Positions 29,258-40,400 of a stretch of 64,000 nt of DNA are shown piece by piece (position 1 is the stretch's first letter; every line of letters starts with the position of its first letter). Made by a program: the position numbers and the translations under genes. The notes beneath the pieces are model-generated. The model was given only the letters and a program-made list of their open reading frames with translations, had not been told where the DNA came from and did not search any database. The stretch comes from Pseudomonadota bacterium (GTDB lineage Bacteria > Pseudomonadota > Alphaproteobacteria > Rhodobacterales > Rhodobacteraceae): the NCBI GenBank assembly GCA_038525015.1, contig JBCBID010000016.1, positions 23,389-87,388 on the forward strand, written 5' to 3'.

Positions 29258-31258
29258 ATGATGAACGAACGCGCCTCTGACTTGTATGTGCCGTCATTTG
29301 TTTCGGTCAACTACGCAGGACTGAACAAAGGTGACGCGGAATACACTGTGTCAAATGAGGCAAGCGGCCGACATTTTTCGGCGAACGGACCGACCGTGGA
29401 ATTTATAGAAGCCATTCGGTCTTTGGGGTCACTTCAGCACGCTGCGGCGCAGTCACGGATGCCGACAGAGGCTGCGCAAGCACTTTTAGTACAGCTTATG
29501 CGGTTCGGTGTGGTCGTTCAGCGCGGCCAAACAAATCAAGAGACCACCAAGGCGAAAGCCCCATTTGAAGCCCGCGCCGTTATGATCCGGTTCGACCTGA
29601 TTGACGCCACCCCTGTCGTGAAACACTTTGCCGGGGTTGGTCGGGTGCTGTTTTCGCGCTTCGGCCTTGCACTTTGGATCAGTCAGGCGATCCTTAGCCT
29701 CTCGGCATTGCTGTTGAACCAGGACAAGGTGGCGCTGGCGCTATCGCGTGTCCCAGATACGGGCTTCAGCGGTGTTTTGGCATTTGCAGTCCTGCTGATC
29801 CTGCTCAAAGCGCTGCACGAAATGGGCCACGCCCTGGCGTATCAAGAGATGTGTCGCCGGGCGGCTATCGCACCGGGCCCGATCCGCATGGGCATCTCGA
29901 TATTCGCACTTACCCCTTTTCCCTTTACCGATGTCACCGGTGCATGGCGGCTCAGAAGCCGTAAGGCGCGCGCCATTATTGGTGCGGGTGGGTTATATCT
30001 CGAGTTCTTTTTGATCTTCGTTGCCACACTTTTCTGGACCATGACCGGCGATGGCTGGTTGCAGACAGCCATCTTTCACGTGGTCATGTTCTCGGCCCTC
30101 ACAAGCCTGATCTTCAACCTCAATCCGGCGGTCAAGCTGGATGGGTACTACATCTTGTCGGATCTGCTCGCCTTTCCCAATCTTGCCGGTCGGGCCTCTC
30201 AGAGCGCCCAGGCTTGGTTGGGAAGGCAGCTTGGTGCGGACATGCCAACACCCAGTCCGGGCCTTCTTGCGTACTGGGTCATAAGTTATCTTTACCGCTG
30301 GGTGATTTTCGCCGGAATATTCTGGCTGGCTTATCAGCTTGATCCTCGCCTTGCGGCCCCGGTCTTTGGTATCGTCATCTTAATGCTCGTCATTCGTCCA
30401 CTCCTGCGCAGCGTGCAGCACGCCATTAAACGCTCGGCCCGTCCTAGGCGGCTGGTGTCAGCGGGCGTCTTATTGGTCGTCTTGGTTATTGCGGGACTTG
30501 TTCCATTCACTGATCGGGTCTTGTTGAACGGCTACCTGAACCGTTTTGAAACCACATTTATCCGCGTGCCGGAACCTGCGCGTCTGTTGATCACAGAAAC
30601 AGACCTGCCACAACTACACAGCCCGGAACTGGCGCACGAGCAAACAGATCTCGGCCTGCAGCGTGAGATCATTCAGAACGCCAATCGCGCCGTTGCTCAA
30701 TCGCAGTCGGGGGTTGAGCGCGCGCGGCTTGAAACGGACCTCGCGCAGATCGCCGAAATGCAAGAAAACCTCGCCGTGCGTGCACGGACGCTGACAATAG
30801 CGGCGCAAATCAGTGACATTTGGACCCCGCTCCACGCCGACAGCTACGCCGGTTCATGGGTCAAACCAGGTCAAGAAATCTTGGGCGCGCTCTCAACACC
30901 TGTCACCCCGCATCTTGTCCTCTGGATGGATCAAGCCGATTTCGAGGTGGGCCTGCTGGCAGACGAAAATCGACTTCTTAAGGTGCGAATGAGCCATGAC
31001 CCCGCTTGCGAATTTAATGCAACACTTGACCGCACCGAAGAAGACGTTCTTCTGCGACAAGGCGCGATACAGATGCTTGCCGCCTTGCCAGACCCGCGTC
31101 CTCCGTGTCTTGATGAGGTTCCAAGCGGCGCAGCGGTGGTGGCCCGACATCCTGCAAGGCCGAAATCCATGATGGAGCGCGGCTGGAGAACAATGCAACG
31201 GGCCCTTCAGGACCGCCTTCCGGTGGAACTCCTGTTGGAGAATGAACAAAGGAATTGA
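29258..31258 (+). CDS. M50 (site-2) metallopeptidase membrane protein with N-terminal soluble domain and C-terminal adaptor-like domain
   Basis: LHEMGH (HEXXH), FNLNPAVKLDGYYILSD, TDVTGAWRL, several TMs, then hairpin-like region and GSWVKPGQEIL. Confidence 0.85.
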   Translation: MMNERASDLYVPSFVSVNYAGLNKGDAEYTVSNEASGRHFSANGPTVEFIEAIRSLGSLQHAAAQSRMPTEAAQALLVQLMRFGVVVQRGQTNQETTKAKAPFEARAVMIRFDLIDATPVVKHFAGVGRVLFSRFGLALWISQAILSLSALLLNQDKVALALSRVPDTGFSGVLAFAVLLILLKALHEMGHALAYQEMCRRAAIAPGPIRMGISIFALTPFPFTDVTGAWRLRSRKARAIIGAGGLYLEFFLIFVATLFWTMTGDGWLQTAIFHVVMFSALTSLIFNLNPAVKLDGYYILSDLLAFPNLAGRASQSAQAWLGRQLGADMPTPSPGLLAYWVISYLYRWVIFAGIFWLAYQLDPRLAAPVFGIVILMLVIRPLLRSVQHAIKRSARPRRLVSAGVLLVVLVIAGLVPFTDRVLLNGYLNRFETTFIRVPEPARLLITETDLPQLHSPELAHEQTDLGLQREIIQNANRAVAQSQSGVERARLETDLAQIAEMQENLAVRARTLTIAAQISDIWTPLHADSYAGSWVKPGQEILGALSTPVTPHLVLWMDQADFEVGLLADENRLLKVRMSHDPACEFNATLDRTEEDVLLRQGAIQMLAALPDPRPPCLDEVPSGAAVVARHPARPKSMMERGWRTMQRALQDRLPVELLLENEQRN

Positions 31259-31265
31259 GGGCGGA

Positions 31266-32027
31266 ATGGCGAGACGACGCGCAGTTGACAAAAATCAGAC
31301 GGTGGATGTGAAAGGGCGCCTGCCGCTGCTATACAAATCTCTCGCGCCCCTGACCCATGAGCAGCACAGCGATTTGATGGTGAAAGACGCACGCAACTTT
31401 GACTTTGCGCGTCATGCCAATGCAATCCCGCTGTCTTGTGACGAATTTGGTCAGGCAATGCGAGACTACCCTATCGTATTCACCGGAGCCAGCCAGCCTA
31501 CCCCGCTTGCACTCGTTGGTTTGACAAATGGCGTAAACGACCAAACCAATAAAGACGGAGCATGGGCCGAAGGGGCGTATGTACCTGCCTACCTGAGGCG
31601 GTACCCGTTCCTTTTGGTCAAAGAGAACACAGAAACAGACCGCCAAATCCTCTGCGCGGATATGTCCTCGGTCCTTTTCACATCGAAGGCCGATGGTGGT
31701 AGCGCCCTATTCACCGAAACAGGGGAAATGACAGAGCGGCTGTCCGATATTCTGGAATTTGCCAAGCGTTACGATGCGGCCATGCGACGGACCGAGGATG
31801 TGATGGAAGAGGTCACCAGGCTTGACCTGATGCAAGCATCCACCGTCAGCCTTCGGAAGGAAGGCAAGACTGCCAAAATCGAAGGGTTTTCAGTCATTGC
31901 CGAGGAGCGCGTGCGAGAGTTAGACGATGCGACGCTCGCAGACTTGGCCAGGCGTGGCTTGCTTGGCCTTTTCACAGCACATCAATTGTCATTGTCTAAT
32001 TTTTCAATGATGGGTGCGCTCAAGTGA
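31266..32027 (+). CDS. SapC family protein
   Basis: LLYKSLAPL..EQH, AIPL..DEF......YPIVF, ALVGL..G.N, YVPAYLRRYPF, GLLGLFTAHQLSLSNF. Confidence 0.85.
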   Translation: MARRRAVDKNQTVDVKGRLPLLYKSLAPLTHEQHSDLMVKDARNFDFARHANAIPLSCDEFGQAMRDYPIVFTGASQPTPLALVGLTNGVNDQTNKDGAWAEGAYVPAYLRRYPFLLVKENTETDRQILCADMSSVLFTSKADGGSALFTETGEMTERLSDILEFAKRYDAAMRRTEDVMEEVTRLDLMQASTVSLRKEGKTAKIEGFSVIAEERVRELDDATLADLARRGLLGLFTAHQLSLSNFSMMGALK

Positions 32028-32827
32028 AACGCATTCAGAGGTTCACCGCCTTATGTGCATTGATGTGTCTTTTGCCGGCCGCAACTCTCGCGCAAAGTCT
32101 GACGGCCATCCTTGAACCCGCTGACTTGGTCGAAGTCAGATCGACTGTCGCCGGCATTCTGACAGTGATTGCGGTCACCGAAGGGCAGACAGTGGAAAGG
32201 GGCGCATTGCTGGCGCAAATTGATGATCGCAGCCAAGCCGAGAGGGTGGCCCTTGCCCAAGCAGTTGCCGGCGCCGACGGGCGCATCCAACGTGCCGATG
32301 CTCAGATTGCCCAGGCGGAATCGCTGGTCGCTCGGATGGAAAAGGCGCGCGGCCGCGGGGCGGCACAAGAGTGGGAGGTTGAGCAGGCACAGCAAGCGCT
32401 GGCGCTCGCTGTGGCAGACAAGCAAATCGCTCTGGATGGGCAAGCGCAAGCACAGGCACAATTGAAGCTCGAAAAGGCCGTTCTCGAGACTTACAGGCTA
32501 CGTGCCCCCTTTTCGGGGATCGTTCTTGAGGTCAAACAGAACATCGGTGCCAATGTCGATATGCAAACGGTGGTCATGACTGTCGCCCAACTCGAGGCTT
32601 TGGAGGCAACAGCCTTCATCCCATTGACATGGCTGAATATTATTTCGCAGGGCGATGCGCTTCGCGCCAGTTTCGATGACCAGACCAAACGACCCGTCGA
32701 TGTCGTCGTGACATCGATTGACCCAAGGATTGATCCCGCAAGTCAAACCGTGCGCATTCGCGTCTCGCTCGACAATGCCGAGGGCATGCATCGCCCCGGC
32801 GCTACCCTTGTGCTTCAGGCACCATGA
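32024..32827 (+). CDS. Periplasmic adaptor (membrane fusion protein) with cleavable signal peptide
   Basis: GTG overlapping sapC stop; VTEGQTVERGALLAQID, coiled hairpin, LRAPFSGIV, IDPRIDPASQTVRIR, HRPG. Confidence 0.88.
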   Translation: MKRIQRFTALCALMCLLPAATLAQSLTAILEPADLVEVRSTVAGILTVIAVTEGQTVERGALLAQIDDRSQAERVALAQAVAGADGRIQRADAQIAQAESLVARMEKARGRGAAQEWEVEQAQQALALAVADKQIALDGQAQAQAQLKLEKAVLETYRLRAPFSGIVLEVKQNIGANVDMQTVVMTVAQLEALEATAFIPLTWLNIISQGDALRASFDDQTKRPVDVVVTSIDPRIDPASQTVRIRVSLDNAEGMHRPGATLVLQAP

Positions 32828-34437
32828 ACGACGTGTCCAACGAGCCAAAGCGTCAGTCGCTTGGCGATGCGTTGCAGTCGCTCTTTTCAAGCGCTGTTGC
32901 AACACCATTTCCCAAACGCCTGATCACATTCACACAAGCGCTTATTCCCGGTGCGCGAACTTGGGTGCTGGCCCCAACATCGGACGACACTTGGCTATCC
33001 TGGCCAGACGGACCGATGCCGGATCACATTGAGCCATTAGCCACAAAGTCGCTCAAGGATACAGACCAATGCGTACAAGCGGATGGCCGCTGCCTTGGGG
33101 TTCCAATCTGCCTGGAAACCGGCGCCAGTGCAGCACTTGTCGTTGAATTGCAACAAGGAGGACAAGCCGCGCTCGCACTTGCCTTTGAACGGCTGAGCTT
33201 GCTGTCACAACTTACATTTGCCCGCCACAGGCCCGACGCTGTGGTTCAATTGCAAAGGGTTCTCTCTTTACTGCCGCAATTGAACAAACGGTCACCCGAA
33301 CCTGTGCAAGAGCTTGCCGATGCTCTGGCACAGTTCATGTCCGCGGACTATGCTGCGGTTGCAAGGTTTGATGACTCTAGAATATCGGACCTGCACATCT
33401 CCGGCCAGGTATCGGGCAAGCGCAACGCAATCCTACCTGCCACCTTGCGCGACACGCTAGCCGAAACGGCGCGTCTGAGGCTTTGCACATCTCATCGCGC
33501 TTTTTCGGGCGGCGCAAACCAAAGCAATGGCATCGTCTTCCATCTCGAAAACCCGTCACGCAATAAAGACATATTGCCACTGATCGCTGCAGCAGCGGAC
33601 AAGATGGCCCCATCCGAGGCATATCAACGCGTCAGGTGGAAACGCCTCGGGCGGCGTGCCGCAATGCTCTTGGTCGTGATCGGATTGTCCTTTATCCCAA
33701 TCCCAGACGGGGTCGACCTGTCAGCCACGGTTGCAGCCATCTCCCAGCGGGTGATCACCAGCCCACTGGACGCACCCATCCAGCACATTAACGTGCGCGA
33801 GGGGGACAGCGTGATTGCAGGCGAAACCATCCTTGCTCAATTCGATACGCGCGAGATCGACCTCGAACTCATCGCCGCGCAGGCATCGTATACCAAAGCG
33901 CTGCTTGATCGTGAGCGCGCACGTGCCAGCCGCCTGGCCGCCGATCTGCGTACCGCCGAGATTGAGGCTGACCGTCTTTCAGCCGATATCGAACTTCTAC
34001 AGGCTCGCAAGGAAATGGCACAATTGATTGCCCCGATCACCGGCATTGTCCTTGGCGAGGGTCTTGCCGATCTAAAGGGGACGATCCTGCGCCGTGGTGA
34101 CCAGTTGCTAGAGATTGCCAACCCCACCTCGCTTGAACTTGATATCTCTGTCCCGCAGTCGCAAATCGCTCGGGTCAGCGTCGGCGCCAATGGGGTCTTT
34201 CGACCCGACTTCGACCCCTCCCTACGCTTGGATGCCACGCTCGCAGTGATCTCACCCGCCGCCTCCAGCGCCGAACGCAACCCACTCTACCCGGCCAAGG
34301 CCAAATTCGCGGCTGACACTGCAAGACTGAAACCGGGCATGACCGGGGTTGTTGCGGTCAATCGGACTTGGCGCCCAACGTGGCAAGTGGTCTGGCGCGA
34401 ATTGAGAAACTGGGTCCTGCTGCGTCTCTGGGTCTAG
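32824..34437 (+). CDS. HlyD-type adaptor with large N-terminal cytoplasmic (GAF-like) region
   Basis: About 275 aa soluble N-terminus, TM RRAAMLLVVIGLSFIPIP, then VREGDSV, LIAPITGIV, LKPGMTG. Confidence 0.8.
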   Translation: MNDVSNEPKRQSLGDALQSLFSSAVATPFPKRLITFTQALIPGARTWVLAPTSDDTWLSWPDGPMPDHIEPLATKSLKDTDQCVQADGRCLGVPICLETGASAALVVELQQGGQAALALAFERLSLLSQLTFARHRPDAVVQLQRVLSLLPQLNKRSPEPVQELADALAQFMSADYAAVARFDDSRISDLHISGQVSGKRNAILPATLRDTLAETARLRLCTSHRAFSGGANQSNGIVFHLENPSRNKDILPLIAAAADKMAPSEAYQRVRWKRLGRRAAMLLVVIGLSFIPIPDGVDLSATVAAISQRVITSPLDAPIQHINVREGDSVIAGETILAQFDTREIDLELIAAQASYTKALLDRERARASRLAADLRTAEIEADRLSADIELLQARKEMAQLIAPITGIVLGEGLADLKGTILRRGDQLLEIANPTSLELDISVPQSQIARVSVGANGVFRPDFDPSLRLDATLAVISPAASSAERNPLYPAKAKFAADTARLKPGMTGVVAVNRTWRPTWQVVWRELRNWVLLRLWV

Positions 34438-37400
34438 TACGCGCTGCCCGGCGTCGCCGTTGCGCCTGTCAGAAATTCGTAGTTGAACCTATTCAGGCTG
34501 TCGCCCAGAGGATTGAGCGACGCTTCATACAGGCTTTGTACGGTCAGACCGGCAACATTCTCGAATACTTCATCCACCCGGAGCGTGTCGCCGACTGAGA
34601 ATGCCTGCTGGTTAAAGGCAGAAGCATAGAATGTGCGCGCGTTGAACGCTCCGTTATCCTGAGGCAGTGTCGACGGCCGGTCGACGGATATAGAGACATA
34701 GTAGCTTTCGGTGTTCAGGTCAGTACCCACCTCCGCAAAGCGTACCTCGCCAAGCGAGGCGCTTTCCTGGATTGGCTGTCGATCCAACAATTCAACGGGC
34801 AAATCAAAGACCTCGCTGCCCTTAAATTCGGAGAAGAAGTCGTCATATACAGTTTCAACCGATGATGTCGGGAAGATCGCGATCCAATGCCCTCCGGCAT
34901 CGGCCAGGACATGTCTGATACCCGTCAACTGCCCCTGCTCACCGAAAAGACGGATCGTCACGTTTGAGCCCGGCTCCGCGGTACCGGAATAGATCGGATC
35001 AATCGCAAGAACTGGCAGGAACTGGGCATCGTCAATTCCAAGGGTCGGAAAGAAGTCTCCTTCCTCTTCATCGCCGGGGATGGGCTGTGCGATGATGAAC
35101 GCGTCGTCTTGTGTCGTTGTCTCCCGATTGAACGGGTTCGTTGGGTCAGGGCTCGACGTGCCGGTTACAGAAGCAACGTTGGTCACACCGGTCAATACGT
35201 CAGTCTGGAAGCCGACAAAGACGTCATACGTGATCGTCACGCTCTCACCCGGCAAAAGGCGCGGGATCGAGATTGTCAGCACCGTTTCTCCAGCGGCAGA
35301 GCCCGAGGTTACGGTAGCCAGTGCCGGGTCGCTTACAACGGTCCCTCCGGTCACGGACAATTGGAAAGGCAAAGCATCGGTCACAACCGCGTTGTAGATA
35401 GGCGCAGTGGCGGTGGCGGCATTTGTGACAACGACCGTATAAGTAATTGTGTCGCCGACCAGCGGATCAAGGTCATTCACCGTCTTGTCGATACTCAATT
35501 CCGGCTCAACAACCTCGATTGTGGCCGTGTCTTGCTGCGTGTCGAGTGGCGCTTCACCCTGTGGCGTCACTGTGAGAGCACCGGTATTGGTCAGCGTCGC
35601 ACCGGCAAAGGCTGCCGGATCATCTGTCACCACAGACACGACCTCGACACGGATTTCGTCATCCTGACCTATGCTGCCGTCAAATGGGTTTGAAATGGAA
35701 CCCAGATCAATTGTGACGAAGCCACCCACCTCGGAAATGATCGGTGCACCCGCGACGATACCTGTACCAACCGATGTCACGCTGGCCGATACAAAAGCCA
35801 ATCCCGGCGGCAACGCATCGGTCAGCACGACACTGTCCATGTCAATCTCAGGTAGCGTGAGGACCAGTTCATAAGTGACCTGTTCGCCAATAGTCAGGTC
35901 AAGAAGGGCCGGATCAAACGCATCAGTCCCGGTATCGGGGTTCTCGCCGTCGATTGCGGTCTTGCTCAGGGCCGGTATCGTCGCGACGCCGTGGTCATCC
36001 ATCTCTGTCAGCGTGCGCCCGGTTGGTGTCTCGGGATCGCCGTCGGGCACGGTATCAAACAGGATCGATGCGGTGTTGAGCGTCGTGCTCGCCGGGTCGA
36101 CCGAGATGCCCAATATCGCTTCGTAAGACACAGTGGCTTCCTGACCGGGCAGCAATTCAGGCAAGAGCAAACTAAAGCCGGTTGTCTCATCCACGGTCAC
36201 CGCCTGCGTCACACCGTCGATGACGACGCTCACAGACCCGGACACAAGCGTCAGGTTGGAATCGGTCAGCGTATCGATGACCTGAATGTCGTATGCCGGT
36301 CCAGACCCTGTGTTTTCAAAGGTCAGTGTGTAAGGGACCACATCGCCGGGATTGGCGGCAAGCGGACCCGACTTCTCAAAATCAATCTCCGGCTCCACGA
36401 CTTCTACTGTGGCACTTGCATTCACGGGGTCAAACGCTGCCGCGCCTGCAGGATCCACATTGAGTTCAGCGGCATTTGTCAGCGCCACGCCCGCCGTATT
36501 TGCGGGATCGTCAGCGACCACCGCGGTCACCTCAACCGTGATCCGATCATCGGTGCCGATGTCGCCGTTTGGCGCATTGTTGACAGAGCCAAAGTCAAAA
36601 AGGATGTCCTGCCCGACATTGCTGATCGTCGGTGTGTCAGCACCGGTCAGATTGGCACCGGTCGACACCAGATTGGCAGACACAAAGGTCAACCCATCAG
36701 GCAGCGTGTCTGTCAGAACCACGCTGTCCAACAGAATTTCAGGCAGGAAAATATCAAGCGTATAGGTCACTTCTTCGCCAATCGACAGATCGAACGTGTC
36801 GGCGTCGAATTGCTCCGCGCCCGTCGCGGCCTGACTGGTGAACGCGGTGTTCTTGAACAAGAAGGGGACGGTGGCGACGGAATGATCATCTTCATCTGTG
36901 CCGGTGCGCGCACCCGGCGTCGCAGGGTCACCATCGGGAACAGTGTCGAATTCGATCGTAGCTGTGTTCGGGAAGCTTTCGGCATTGGGCGCGCCCGGCA
37001 GCAGATCGACATCATAGGTGATCAACAGAGTCTCACCCGGCTGCAAGGCATCCACGAGTGTTTCAAATCCGGTACCGTTGGGCGTAATCGTCAACGATCC
37101 CAAAACATCCGACCCGTTGATCGTAGCGCCGGTCACGGCGTTCAGAACAAGATTTGGATCGCCCAAGACATCCGTCACAACGATGTCAAAGGCTGGACCA
37201 GTTCCTGAATTGACCACTTCAATCGTGTAGGTCACCGTATCGCCTGGATCGGCAGCAATTTCGCCGTCTTTCTCAATCGACAGGTCAGGCTCTACAACCT
37301 CGACATCCGCCGTATCGGTCTGCGTCTCCAGCGGGGCCTCACCCTCGGGTGTGATTGTCAGTGTTGAGGTGTTGGTCAACAACGCGCCGTCGGCCGCCGC

Positions 37401-40400
37401 CGCGACATCGGCCACGACCGCAACAATCTCTATGACAACCTGATCTTCGGTGTTGATCGTACCGTCACCCAGCGACGTCGAGGCCCCAAGGCTGATGGTC
37501 GTTGTTGCCCCGCTGTTGTTGATAATCGCGGGGCTTGCCAGCGCTATATCTGCGCCAACGCTGTCGACGCTCGCGGACACGAAACTCAACCCTGGCGGCA
37601 ACGTATCCGTGATCTCAATCGCACTCAGGTCAATCTCTGGCAGTGTCAGAGTGAGTTGATACGTTACCGTCTCACCAACCGACAAATCGAATATTGCGCC
37701 ATCACCCTGCCCGGTTCCCGTGCTGGCCTCGCCGGTGTCGACAGCAAGCTTTTCCAACACAGGTATGGTCGCGATCTCGAACTCGTCGGTGATGACGTCG
37801 GAACGCCCGGTCGGGCTGTCTGGGTCACCATCGGGCACAGTGTCAAAACTTGCGGTGGCCGTATTGCCAAAGCTTTCTGCCGCGGGCGCAGTGTCGGACA
37901 GCAATGCGTCATAGGTCACGACAAGGGTTTGACCCGGCAGGATCACCGGTACAAGCACATCGAACCCAGTGCCTGTTTCGCTGGGTGTTATGCTCACAGG
38001 CATACCATCCAAACTCAGACTGACCGATCCAGACACCAGTGACAGGTTGCCATCCGCCAATTGGTCTTCGATCAGAACATCATATGCAGGACCGTCACCG
38101 GTATTGTTCAAGGTCAGCGTATAGGTTGCCGTCTCGCCCGGGTTCACCGCCAGCGGGCCAGCCTTGTCCAGCGTCAGATTGGGGTCAACAATTTCGACTT
38201 GCGCGGTGTCAGTCGCCGGAGCCAGCGGTCCAGCGGGCCCGGCAGGATCAACATTGACCGTCACCGTATTGTCGACCACCTGTCCCGAGGCCGCTGTGGG
38301 CACATCAAGCACACGTGCCTGAACCTCAAGCACAATGACATCGTCAGGCCCAATCGTGCCGTCGGCAGGGTTGTTGACTGCACCGAAATCAATGCTGAAA
38401 TTCTGCGGGTCCACAGACGTTACAATCGGATCGGTGTTGGCGGCGGAAATGCCCGCGCCGAATGACACAACGTCTACCGCGATCAGCTCAAGTTCTGGTC
38501 CAAGCACATCCGTGAGAACCACACTGTCCATCGCGATTTCCGGCAGGAACACCTCGTAACGATAGGTGACCGTTTCGCCCACGGTCAGATCAAACAGATC
38601 GGCATCGCCTTGATCGCTTGTCGTATCGCCAAAATCCGTCGCAATAGGGGACTTGACGATAAACGGCACCGTCGCAACCGAGAAATCGTCATCATCGCTG
38701 TCCCCACGCCCCGTGGGACTATTGGGGTCGCCATCCGGTACCGTGTCAAAGCTGATGGACGCCAGATTCGGGAAGCTTTGTGCTTCGGGTGCTGACGCAT
38801 CCAAAAGAGCGGAATAGCCAATTTCAAGTGTCTCACCGGGCTGGAGCGCGGGGATGATCACTTCAAAGCCAGTGGCGGTTTCAACCAAGCTCAGGCTGCC
38901 GGTGATATCCGTGCCATCAATCGACGCGATCAACGAACCGCTGTTGAAGCTCAGGAATGTATTGTCCAGTTCATCTTCAACTAGGATATCATAGGCAGGA
39001 CCGGTCCCGGAATTGGTGATCGACAGAGTATAGTCAACGTCATCGCCCGGGTTTACCGCGATGCTACCGTCTTTGGTAATCTCAAGGTCCGGCTCGACAA
39101 TCTCAACATCGGTGGTCGCGGTCACAGGATCAAGCGGGGCCTGTCCTTCCGGTGTAAGCGTCAATGTCGCGGAATTGGTCAGCACCGCGCCGTCAGCGTT
39201 GGTGGCGATATCCTCGACCAGCGCTGTGACCAGAACAACCACCTCGTCATCTGCACCCAAAGAACCATCAAATGGGTTCTCGATTGCGCCAAATTCAATG
39301 GTCACCGTCTGCCCGGCCCCGCTGATCGCAGGTGCATCCGCCCCCACAAGGCCAACCCCCACGCTGTCGACACTGGCCGACACAAAGCTCAATCCGTCGG
39401 GCAAGGTATCTACCAGCGTTGCCCCATCAATCGAAATCTCGGGTAGCGTCACTGTCAAAGCAAAGGTGACCGTCTCGCCCACCACCAGATCAGGGACACC
39501 CGAGGTGAATGCACCGTCGCCCGTATCGGTGTTGCCGCTATCCACCGTGGTCTTTGTCAGAAGCGGACCAGCACCGACAACGTGATCGTCCTCGACCGTG
39601 TCTGTGCGCCCATCCGGGCTGGACGGATCGCCATCCGGCACGGTATCGAATTCGGCCGTTGCTGTGTTCTCGATGATGTCTCCCGCAGCAAAACCAGCAG
39701 CCACATCCGCATCGTAGGTCACGACTAAAATATCGTTGGGTAAAAGCTGCCCGAAGGTGAAACTGAACCCGTCACCGGTTTCATCAACCGTAAGCGCCGT
39801 CGCCGTCCCGTTCAGCGTCGCCACCACTGAGCCCGAGGTAAGCGAGATATTGGGGTCACTCAGCGTGTCGGCGACAAAGATGTCAAAGGCTGGCCCGGTG
39901 CCCGTATTTTCAATCTCGATCTGGTAGCTGATCTGGTCACCGGCGTCCGCCGCCTCCGACCCGGATTTCTCAAATGCCAATTCCGGCTCGACAATATCGA
40001 CCGCGGCAGTGTCACTCGCCTGATCCAGAACGATGCCACCCGCGGCAATCACGTCAAGGGTCGACGTGTTGATCAGACTGGCGCCGTCGATAGCCGCTGC
40101 CACATCCACGACAACCGCTGTCAACTCAACGATGACTTGATCATCGGTGTTCAAAGCGCCATCTGCAGTGTTATCGACTGTTCCGAAATCGAATGTCGTC
40201 ACCGCGCCGGAATTGTTGATTACCACATCGTCAGCGCCAGAGACTTGTCCACCTTGCGATACAAATCCCGCAGAAACGAATGCCAAACCGTCGGGCAATG
40301 TGTCTTGCAACACCACGCTATCCATCGACACTTCCGGCAGAACAAGCGTCAGCGTATACGTCACCTCTTCACCGACCACTAGATCGAAATCGGTGCCGTC

